From NCBI GenBank assembly GCA_965235115.1, contig OZ249439.1, positions 18,104,001-18,168,000 on the forward strand: a stretch of 64,000 nt of DNA. The letters run 5' to 3'. Below the pieces are notes generated by a model, which was not told where the DNA came from, made no database searches, and saw only the letters and a list, made by a program, of their open reading frames with translations. Position numbers and translations under genes: made by a program. Below, piece after piece: positions 38,101 through 50,100 of the stretch; the first letter of the stretch is position 1, and each line of letters starts with the position of its first letter. This DNA comes from Laetmonice hystrix (lineage: Eukaryota).

Positions 38101-41100
38101 CTTCAGCTATTCATGACAACCTAAACGACCTCCTTGACGGTTACTTTAATTGCTGCTAGTTTCTACCTCGTTACCTTTCCCACTAGGTTGAGTGACAGAT
38201 GGGCGGGTACCCGCTGCTCATACTCCGCCATCATCAGGACCTGTCGCAGTGGTCCACTCACAACAAGACCAATCCACCCTGCCATCCCAGTCCAATACCT
38301 CCACACACAACAAGACCAATCCACCCTGCCATCCCAGTCCAATACCTCCACACACAACAAGACCAATCCACCCTGCCATCCCAGTCCAATACCTCCACAC
38401 ACAACAAGACCAATCCACCCTACCATCCCAGTCCAATACCTTGCAGAGAATCTAATGAATCTAATGACGATGGGTTCTTTATGACACATATTAACTCTCC
38501 AAGAACCACAGGGTATCGACATGCGCAGTACATTAATAAGTGCGGCTGTACCGTGGAACATCAAACACCGGTAGCCGACCTCCTTCCCCACTTCTCACGG
38601 GGAGCGGTCCCTGCAGGCTACCAAAAATAGTCTCTGTCATAAATCTACATCTCTGCCTGTTCACAGCCACCATCTATAGCGTCATTCCTTGTCTACCAGA
38701 ACTTTATGAGAATCAAACATCAGTGCCCCCCCCCCCCTCCCCCACTAAAAAAATGGGGGAGCTACTCTCTGGGTTGCCTTTGTGGTATAAGTAGTTGTAA
38801 ATGATATATACAAGTGTGACTTACTCCATGCAGCTCCAGACGCAAGCCATGGTATAGCTTGGTTTGTGTAGGGCCGAATGGCCACGCGTGGACGTCGCTG
38901 TATTACTGCCGCCCTCCCGATCCCAACTCCACCTCGGACACGGGCCTGGTGCCGCGATCATAAATCTTCCGATCTCAGTCTTCTTCTAACAAAAATGATT
39001 CTTTCCCAGCGCCACGACTCCCGTCACGTAACTAACTGCTCGCCTGGGACTGGTGCAGGCACGTGGACGTCAACTTGTATCCAGTGTGGATGGGTGAAGT
39101 GGTTTTATCAAAGAGTCAGCGACCAAGTAAAGTGCTCACCTAGTTGGCCATCCTGTCGGTTTGCCGCCAAGATAAATCATGGGAAATACCTCCACCCTGG
39201 AGGACTCGGTAGGGATCGAAACTCGCCCTTGATCACTGTGGCTGGCACTGATAACGAGCTCAACCCTGCGTCACCACCACCCGCCCGGCCTGCTCCAGCC
39301 TGCCTCTCCTGGAGAGCTACCTCAACACCGATCACAACCTCAGGTATGTATCACAGCCTTGTCAGGTCGGTCCACTGCATACCACGATACCTCAATATGG
39401 AGGTCAGCTGCATTCAATGGTCGCCACCTGCACCTCAGTAATGGAAAAAATACCGTCATATGATACTTCAAGTTGGCTTTGAATCACAACAGAGACCTTG
39501 ACTAGCTTTCATGCATCAGATGTCTCCTTTTTCAAAGCTGAATGCGTGAAGAGTCACCTTTTTCTGCCTCTCCTCTTCTCTCTTTGATCGTATATTTCTC
39601 TTCTTTTTTCTACTCACTGTGATCTGTGTGGTTTTTTGCCGGTTTAGCTGGGTAGACTGAAGGCCGGTTTGACGTGGAATACACTGGGTATGGTGCCTGG
39701 TGGCGTGTGCTGTGTATGTACACCTTGGTATATGGTTGAGGTACGTGTACTGTGTGCTGCGACCTACTCGTTACTGCGGAGACTCCCACCACTGGGTCAA
39801 TGTGGCCTCGCTCGTCATCCACACAACGTTGTCTTCTCAATGACGGCGAGACTCGAGTGGTGGAATCCAAGCCGCCTAGCTCTCTGTCAGCTGCCGACTC
39901 CAGGCCGTCCTACGTAAGCAGTGTGTTTCAAGATGACAGGCACTCGGTGAGCAGGGCACACGAGGCGCTGTACTGTATGTAAGCAGTGACCTCCAAGCCG
40001 TCAAGCGCTCCGTAAGCAGTGAACTCCAAGCGGCCAAGCGCTGTGATGGCAGAAGACTCCAAGCTGTCAAACACTGGGTAATTATTGGACTGTAAGCTGG
40101 AGGTTTGTGTATTTTCTGGATTATAAGTCAATAAACCGTAACATCCGATGCAAGCCGTTATGTGACTGTGTAAGCAGAGTCCAGGGTCCGAACTGCCGGG
40201 TTGTTGTGTGAGTACTGGACTGAAGGACTGGACTGATCGCTCTGCAAGCACTGGATTCCAAGCCAATGCCTGCAATACCTGACAGTGACCCCACCAGCTG
40301 GAGAACCTTGGGACAGTCAGAACACGACCCCATAAACAACATACATCAAGTGTCACCTGCCGTGTATGACTACCCTGATATGAATTCAGCTGTCCACTGA
40401 CTCGGCTCACCGACAAACTGTTGTCAGAAATTCCTCGCTCTGCCTGCAGTATCCGAGTTATGACGGTGCCGGGTGTAAGGTTATCCCGCCCGCCAGTTGA
40501 TGGTAACAGGCGGTACCCGTGTCACGAGGGTCTCCTCACGGCCCTCTGCTGTGGTTATGGTGGTGGGGCGATCACACCCACTGTGGACCACGGTAGTGGC
40601 GCCCAGAGCCCGTGTTTGCTGCCCTGTACATCCTTGTAGAACACGGGTCTATACTTGCTCAGTCCGTTACGTACCTTGCCCCGGGCGGTGCTGTCAGTGA
40701 TGATGAGGCAGGCCTAGTGACAATGCGCTATGTTGGTAACATTCAGGTACAATAATGTGTATGTGTCACCTGCTGACTACAGTCTGTACGGGTTGACGAG
40801 TTGCACACACCAGCTGGAACAGTGTGCTCACTGATTCAACATCTGTACATACTTCCCAACATTTTTATAATCCCGACACCCACTGACCGCTAGCTGTGTT
40901 CCATGAAAATATAACCAGTATACATCACCAATCAGTGTAACCTACACTTGTTTTGTTTTCCTGGTTGGCATGGTTACCAATTGAAGCCTACCACCCTCAT
41001 AAATAGAGAGTGAGGAAACAGACTAAACTTGAGCCAAGTTTCGATCACAAGGTCCCGATCATCGCCAGGTCCTAAGTGCCCTCCTCGGTTCTGATGGTGC

Positions 41101-44100
41101 CGGTCAATAATACCCTTGTCATCTGACCTGTCCAAGGTCTTTCATAATCCCTCCGTCTCTCAGCAAACTCACCTATCGCCTCTCATTATCTTAATACCTT
41201 GTCTGGTACACGAAATCACACCTTCATATCACAGCATTCAAAGTAAATTGCTGATATTCTTGAATCCGTTAGATCAAGATTGCATGCAGTAAGGCTGTGA
41301 GGTACAAGTGGCAATGACGCCAGCTTGGTGCCGAATGGGACTGTATCAACGCTGCTGTTGCTGCCCGGGGTCCGAGATGTGGGGAGGCGCAGCCAGCCCC
41401 CCCCCCCTCCTCCCCACAGTCAGTGATATCCCACCCCCAGCACGATCTCCCACGTTCTGCCCGGTTGGGAAGCTCATCTCGCCAGACGGCCGCTAAGTGA
41501 GGACGTCATCACCTATTACATCCTCGCATTCTTCCTCTCACCGGTTTAAACATAGCCGACCCGCCGGAAAACCTTCCCTCTTATATGTTCACCTTTAATC
41601 TACCCATACCGCTATCAAATAGCTTCAGAAGTTTTGCCTATGCGCCCAAGCCCGTTCTCATGGAAGATCCATGACGCAAGCTCAGATCCCAACTGAGATC
41701 CCCTCTCCGAAATAAGGGTCAGGGCTGAAGGCATTTATGCAATTGAAAAATCACTTCGGCAAATTCGAAGATTTTGCAGGTGCAATTCTCAAGATTAGAT
41801 TTTCATCAGGTTAAATCCCAGTTCACGATGGCATATAGGTCAAACACTGAAAGTGGCCCGTGAAACTCCACTAACGGTTGCCTTTGAAGTGTTGCCAACT
41901 CCCGTATATCAAAACCCCAACTACCTCGGCCTAGCATTTTCATTTCAACTATGGTCACAGGACTGCCCTGTGACCTTTGACCCGGTATCCGTGCCAACTC
42001 AGACGAGGCAGGCAACTTTCGGCCTTGACATTGACATGTCATGATTCTACTGGAGTGTAGAGGAGACGAAAGGAGAGGAGTAGAGTATATATGAAGTTAA
42101 TTTCAATTAGGCCTATCTGTGTCGATTCACTCTGAAAGGATCCACCATTATATGGAAACAAATCATTACCAACCCAGTGAGTGACATACACCAGTTTTAT
42201 AACGATCTGATCATTTTCTGACGTTTCATGGACTGTCCAAACATGGCGACTCAGTGGTAGCCCGACGTTACGTGAATACCAGCATCTGGACGCGGTATCA
42301 TGATACGGGCTCTGACCCCCACCAATCTGTGCCGCTCTGCTGGTCACACCAAACTACATCTCACAATTAAAGTAATCAGTCCGTAATTAGGGATCAATTA
42401 CCGCTCTGACAGACCGGCGGCCTGTTTCCCACACCATCCCCGGCCCCAAGGTCTCAGCCCGTGGTCGCTATCCAGCCTGAACTTCGTCTTACTGTCGTAT
42501 TTTATATATCAGGATACCGGGAGGTATCTCGAACAATCATTCAAACATATAAATTATACATTGTTTGGTTATTGAAACAAAAATCATGGATTATCAGTGA
42601 CATGTTATTACGGGCGGCTGGACTCGCGATCTGTTCCAACATGTGTTACATGAATCATTTGATCAACACTAACATAGAAAACCACGGTTGACGGTAATTT
42701 TCTCTTTCTCTACTTCGCCTTTACCTCGCGAACTTTTACTTTTTGAGCGACATTTTCCAGAAACTGCTGACTCAGTTAACCAACCGTGAGAAAAAAACGG
42801 AGGCGCCGCTGTTTGGTGAGGAGTGAGTAAATCGTGCGATGTAAAATACACCCCAGTCTTCGGACTGCTGCTACGAGACACCTGTTGGCCACATCACGGC
42901 CAGCTGGCCAGGCTCACGGTCTCACTGAACCCGGGACAGGCACCAACCCGGTTTGTGCTGACCTCTAGCGGTAAAACTTCAAACTGAGATTTTCCTTCCG
43001 GAAACCAACATCGCTCACTTCTGTTTTTTTAATATTCAGATTTAAGCAGGAAAACAAGTACCCTTCCACTTTGCTAAGATTATTCTAACATCTTCCCCTA
43101 TTTAATTTTATTTCTAGACAATGGTAGCCACAGTAGAGTGACTACAAACGCCACCTGGTTGGTGTCCACATAACTAACATTCCTGGGTCACCCATTCACC
43201 CGACTTGCTGGTTAAACACAGCGGAAACAATAAAATTTTCACTCAACGTTTACATCTGTCCTTCTACTCAATTTTTCCTACTTCTACAGTCAGGACAGCA
43301 AACATCTTTCATGAATCAATGTAACGCCATTTGTATTTGGAACTGGTGATGTGATATTCCGAATACGACTCGAGTCCCACTATGAATAGTTTGTGTATGT
43401 TTGTATAGGTTGGAGTGTGTGGTGGACGTTTCGGTGTAAACTGGGGCTGTCCACTTCTACCTGTGTCACAGGGATTTGTGACCAACCGGTTTGGTTTACA
43501 CCCATCAACCATTGTTTACTCGAGTAGGTACTTGAGACTTGAGCCGTCAATAAAACACAACTCGAGAACCAAACCTTGGGGTAAGTCCACAAATTACTGG
43601 ACGTTCCCAAACCTGACCGATCATTGCACCACATATCTATTCACTTCACTGCTTCGGCGAGCATTCACTAGGTCGTCCCTGTTGAGAGTAATTCAGATTA
43701 CAAACTGTATAATTAGTCCTAGCATTTAACAACTAATGATCACCTTAATTAGTGAAGCGGCATGGTCGACATGCCATTGTCGGTGACGTAAACACCCTAG
43801 AGGCCGGTGTTACATCAACTCTCCACAGACTGTTGGTTTAACGAGTTTTTGTAGATTACCATAAAGGTTCCACTAAACGGTCCAAGCTGACACACTTGGT
43901 AATATCTCCAATATTCTAACCCGTTTTTTACCCCACAATATCGTGTTAACAACTCAATTATGGCAACTTTTACTTTTAGAGCGTTTTCTTCTTGCGAATT
44001 GTGAGACTCATCTCCCACATATTTCCCCTAATATTCAGACATAGACGTCATGACCGTCCGATCTCATATGGCAGCCACTACTTGCCCGTTCTGCCTGGAT

Positions 44101-47100
44101 TTGACGATAGGTTCAATTCATGGCACTTTTTGGACCAGTCTAGTGACATTTTACAGGTATCTGGTGAACTTGTAGCATTCCAAATACAGGCCTGTAGTGA
44201 TTTGATAGATGGATAGATAGGTAGGACTCAAATATCGCTCATTATCGGCTAACTGTGCCATAATACCTCGCGATGACCCTGGTCAGTTTTCAATCATACT
44301 CCCACGCAAATAGTTACCACATGTTTCTCCACCCCCTGTGAAGATTTTACAAATTGATTCGTGTCAGAGCACTTGTTTCAGCAGGCAGCAGCTATTTCAG
44401 GTTGCAGTGGTGGTCAAAGGGCAAGTATTGTGACCCTGAGGTCAAGGTCGGTCAATCTGGTGTGTGGTCTCTGCCATTCCACAGACAACCTGATATTAAG
44501 TGAATACAGTATTTTGGAACCTCAATACCTGAAACCGCTAGGTTTGGACAGAATGTGTACATAAATATGTTTCTCTGACCACCAGAGGATAATCTGGCAC
44601 ATTAAGCGGCCGACACGGTTTAGAAACGCGATCCTCCCCCCCCCCCCACGGACCACCTAGCGTCTGCTGGCCACGTGGTGACGTTTATCTCTCACACCAG
44701 GTGGCGCCAGCCACTGATATCCAACGCTTCCCCACAGCCGATCCGTTACACTGCCGGAGCGAGACTCTAGGACGGATTTAGCCGTTTTGAAAACATCGGA
44801 ACATTTCAGACGTGCACAACTGCCGCCTTCATCAAAACATTAACAAAGGCGGTCGGCCGTGCGTGTGTTACTGATCTAAGGCCATGGGGGCAAACAGACC
44901 AGTGATCATCACGGCCGTGCTACCAAAGGATTCATTCCTAGAATACCAGGAAATGTCCGGCACTGGGCGGGGGTGGGGTGAGTGGGTGACTGTGTTAAAG
45001 AGCCGGGCAAGGACCTGCCCCTCCAGGATATATCCGTCCTGTCCAGGCTGTAAGAGGAGCCCCCAAACTCAGAGATCGCCTGAAAGGTTTATTTTCGTCC
45101 AGAGCTGCCTACATGAAATATGACGTGGTGACGCAAGTCGCCTCAGGAGGTGAGGGGCGGCACCCGCCCAGTGAGGGTGGGGCCTGGCTCCACCCTCGTT
45201 CCGAGCCCGTAATGAGGTCTGAGAACCAGCCGGGATACAGACGGGGGGTTCCTGGCAGCGGGCCCTTCACTTCGGGGTCAGCTGCTAAATGTACACGTAT
45301 CAACACTGACATGTGCATTACCGCTCTCCTGGCAGAACATGACACACTCCCACTCAACATTATTTTAGGAAACTTTAAATTTGGTCGTTTGTTAATTCCG
45401 CTGGTACAACCTGACGTCAGACCCTAAGGTTAAATAATATTGTTTGTCATCTTCGATCTTTTCCAGTTTTCTCAAACGACTGTGGCCTGGACAGATTTCA
45501 ACCTGGCACGTGCTCGACGAAAAGGTCCTCACGTGTAGGCCTAAATGGGTCAACTTGTAAACTTTCGCGGAAAGCTTCGCCTTGAACACAAAGAAATTCT
45601 CGTTCATATAGTTTTCAACCTACCTTTTCCTTTCAACAAGGGGTCCTGCACCCAACTGAATATGTTGTAGCATTATCTGGGTTTTGCAGTGAAGAGGTCG
45701 GTGCCTGGGGTAGGGTTACAGGGTGTGGCTTATAGTCCCGGTCACTGACCTCTCGGAATTCATTACGGGTACAGGCCACACTGCTCTACTGGTAGAAATT
45801 CTTTTGGTGTATGTCATAATCCCTAATAGTGATCTACTGTAATACCGCGGTGACATCAAGCCAAAATAACTGAATGGCAACTGAATGTAGCATGCAGGAT
45901 ATGTGAACCAAACATCACTCAAAGAATATGTCACCCCCTGATAAAACACCTCCTCAAACCCCTCTATCTTCATGACAGGTCTATTCACTCCTGTAATTTC
46001 TCTTCGCACCCGTTTTGAATCAACATCAAAGAGTACATGATCCATGAGCTATAAATACTACGACCGTTAGTTATTTGTGTCGTCAGGTACGTCATAATAT
46101 CCTACGTCAAAATCATGTCAGCTATGTTGCCTAAGTCGGGACCATAAAGTCTCAAAGATTTTTCACTCAGAATAAAGTAGGTTTGGAGGTATTCTCCTGG
46201 AGTATACCCAATTCTCATTTACCACTCTAGCTCCTGAGAAAACACGGTGAAGTTTGGGCGGAACCTGGGAATGTACCAACGTACAACACCTAATCAAACA
46301 TCCACCATAGGGCAACGCTTGATATTCGAATGGCGCGCTCTCTGGTTGAACACTAAACACTCATCTGTAAACATGCGTGTAGGACTTATGTAACAAACGT
46401 CAGACTCATTCACGAGTCAAGGTGTATAAAATATCACAAGATGCTCATACACTGTCAGGTCTACCGACGTTCCTGGAGGCTGAGGTCTGGTGTCTGACGT
46501 GAAGACTGACTGCGTGATCTGACAAAACTTTTTGTGTAGACCTATCTGTAACAGGACTGTTGGAGGCCACAGGGGAAGGAAGACCTGAATGTGTTCAGTA
46601 GGTCACCATCTGGGGAAAGGGCCTGCAGCCAGACAACTGCACAACCACGATAAGGAAACTGGGTCTGACTGGCAACCGTGGCCTGCAAGGCTGAAGGTCC
46701 TACATGACCTACTGGTCGGCATGGTAACCCGTCCCTGATTAAAGGTCGGATGAAACAATACAACATCTCCTGAAGTTTCTGAGAAGGTAATTCAAACATG
46801 TTCAACTTAATATAACTTAAATATAACTTAATATAATTCACTCCGAGTATCCTACAAATGATCACGTACCTTTCAGATTGACTGGCTGGACTGTCGTCGG
46901 TGTCCTCATCGTACGGTCTTTGAGGGTCGTCAGTGGGGTCCTCTGAGACCGGCGGGGGTGGGGGCGGGGGCAGGGGTAGCTCACCATCGTAGGCGTCACT
47001 GTTCGGAGGGTCGTTAGGTGGTGGAACAGTTGGAGGAGGCGGTAGATCTAGAGTCGGCGGGGGTTGTGTACTTATTGGAATCCTTCGTTCTTTGGGCGAC

Positions 47101-50100
47101 CCACGGCTGTTCTCCCATTGTAGCTTGGGTTTTGTACTGGAACTAATCTGTGGCTGGGGTTGGTGTTGTTTTTGCGGTTGTTGTTGCTGTTGGTGGTGTT
47201 GTTGTGGTGGAGATGAAGGGGACTGGGAAGTGTTGACGTGTATAACCTCGATCTTGACCTCCCCCCGTGCCGGCCGATGACTGTCCGGCTGACTGGAGGC
47301 GCCCGGTGATCCCTCTGATATTCCAGCGTAACTCAGGTCGTGGAGTCCTGGGGTCCTGGTCAGTGGTGGCGGGGCTGCCACTGCCTCCTGGAGTCCTGGG
47401 GTCCTGGTCAGTGGTGGCGGGGCTGCCACTGCCTCCTGGATGATGGGCTGCCTGTCGACCGGTCGTGACGTCACCACGTTTGTCTTGATGTCCGGTAACG
47501 GCCTCGAGTGAAGCCGTGCCGAATTGACGCCATGGATCGACGACTGAGACTGAGAAAACTTCAGCATCTGCTGGCGGAGCTGATTGGCGTAGGTGTCTGG
47601 TTGGGGAGTGTTTTCAAAATCCGTGGCCAGGTCGCTTGGATACGAACTGACCGGCGTGGGTGGTGGACGGAACTTGTATTCTGATCGCTCGGGCCTGTAG
47701 TTCCTGGGAGGGAGTGTAGGGGGCGGTGGGGAGCCCTCATCCTCTGCGTAAGATTTGTTTATTGTCAGCTGGAACCCAGGCTTCGGAGAGTATTCACTTG
47801 GAGATTTCGTTGGAGAGGAACCTCCACTGGAACTGCAATGATAAAAACATTTATATCAAATACTTGCAAGTAATGAATACTACTGAAACAGCAGGAAAAG
47901 TGGATCAATGAGAAGACCTTCCAATGACCCCACAGTCCAAGAATCACTTGGTCAACTGACCTGCCATCTGGTGGCCGCCACTCTATTTATTTCATCCCAT
48001 AGTGTGATATTTTGACAGCTACCTTAAAACAAACTCCGCCAGTTCTGGTAACAATCACTAGATGGCCTTAGATCAACAATCTTAAAGCAGTCGTGTCTGA
48101 TTGCAATGGGCACCATGTCCACGTGGTGCCCCCATACTGAGAACCTCAGTTCTACTTTCAACAGGGCATTCAACTGACCTTCCTCTATCTCCAGGGTCAC
48201 ACAGGGTCACACGACTTAAAGGCCAGTCGGTGACCCACCAAACGTTGGCTTTTTAGTCTTATATAAATATTTCAAGTGTGCTGACGGGAATTGAGGAAGT
48301 GGGACGTACTCCTGCAGAGGTCAGGTGACTGACCACGTGCTAGTTCTAGAGGCTGTCTTTAACAGGGGCCGAGTAACTCAATATCCTTCAGTAAACGTAC
48401 ACTCACACCCACATCAGTCTGAGATCTCCTGTCAATAGCGTCAGTAACAAAACATTCAGACTGAGTGGAAATGAGAATCGCCCTTCTTAGACTTATCTCA
48501 ACAGTCTGGTGTACTGTCTGGGGTATCACATCAATTTCTGTCATCCCGTCCTCTAAATATGGGCCTCATATTTCAGAATGTATTCAACAATATTTTCATA
48601 TCAAGCAAATATCAAACCAAAAAATCCGATACCCAAAACGAAAAGGCAGTTGAAGGATGGTGAAACTTCATAAACAAAACAAACACATTCGTCAGAGCTG
48701 CCTCGAAGTGTTTTGAAGGCAGAAAATGGGTTTGTTGACCTCATGCCATGAGGCCTGGAGGGCTGGTGTCTTGTCGGGAAGTGGGTGATCAAATGGTCCC
48801 ACATGGGCCGGGGCCCCCAGACATACATACATATGGATGGGTCGCCATGTACACCATTCTACCTCCGTGATAGGGTCACCAAACGGTGTACCATCCTCCC
48901 TCATGTGGCACGCCCCCACCCTAGCAGCACCACTGACCCCATGTGACGGCTCTGTCACCGCCATGTCCAAAGGTGTCACGCACTCAGCCGACCTGTCACA
49001 AACCGTCAAAACACAACACCAGGTTTGGGGTTTTGATCTACGTCATCATCACTACCGACAAAGGTACCCAGACCATTTCAAAAATACACTGCAAACCACG
49101 GAGATCACTCTACAAACGTCGCATAAAATAACATCAAGTTCTTTCTGTTCGACATTTCCTCTTTGGTCTATATCGCTGGGAAATTATACCTTCATTATTA
49201 TGATACGGCTTGTATTATATTACAGCTATATCAACTCCTATCATTATGTCGTCATAGGGGTCACACAACAAACATTTGCACTAAGCGCTGACCCTATGTA
49301 CACGAGCCTCGCCTAATGATATTCTGCCATATTGATACATCTTCATCTTCCTGCAAACCGCAGGATTGTCAGCACTGTACCGTATACCTTCGGGTAGATC
49401 CTGCTACACCTAGTGAGTACAGTACAGTGTAATGGTAAATCCTGATGGTCTCCCAATGTGTACTGTAGTACGAAACTACACAGTACCCTGACGTCATCAA
49501 GTACAAACTCTATCAACCTCAGTGTATGATGACATTGTCATTCAGAACTTAACACCGGGCAAGCGTTATTCGATAGTCTAACAGTGAACTAACTGTGAAC
49601 TATGATTAGTACGAATATAAACCCTCAGGTATTTATGCTATGTGCTCTATGTCAAGTGTAATCATCTCATCTTCTCCCATCCCCTTCCTCCATTCCTTTC
49701 TGTCTCTATTCGGGTCCCTGGTACATTAGGTCCTTAGGTGCTTTATTTGCTCTACCCTCTCCAGATATCAGGCGAGAACATCTTATTGAGGGGTATTGTA
49801 TTATCCACAGTCCTGCCACGGATTGCTCCATCCTACCGCATCATGTACGAGCATCATACAGATATCAGAGTTTACGGAGGTGTTGTGATCTGTGATCCCA
49901 ACACTGAGGTCAGATACTGTGCCAGGGGGCACGTATCGTACTCTGTCTCCGGGTAGTATGTCCTTCACTCCCCCGTGTCCCGTCTAGAAGGACCCATAGC
50001 AACCATAACACTCCGGGAACAATCGGCACTATAAGAGAAAGTATGTATCATGATGGAGCAAACTGTGGCCATTGTGTGCGGTTCTCGAGGCCCGTAATGG

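Noticed and set aside
39610-39870. 86-aa minus-strand ORF ending at GTGAGT
   Set aside because: Donor is phase 1, incompatible with the 25577 acceptor; no homology recognised.
43425-43470. Penelope/hammerhead-like GACGTTTCG motif
   Set aside because: The CTGANGA catalytic core is absent.
43756-43778. p53-like double CATG palindrome
   Set aside because: Half-site spacing is 9 rather than 10 and the flanks do not fit RRRCWWGYYY.
48692-49009. Possible extra Shroom exon
   Set aside because: The apparent donor is phase 0 and does not fit the 47832 acceptor; no motif.
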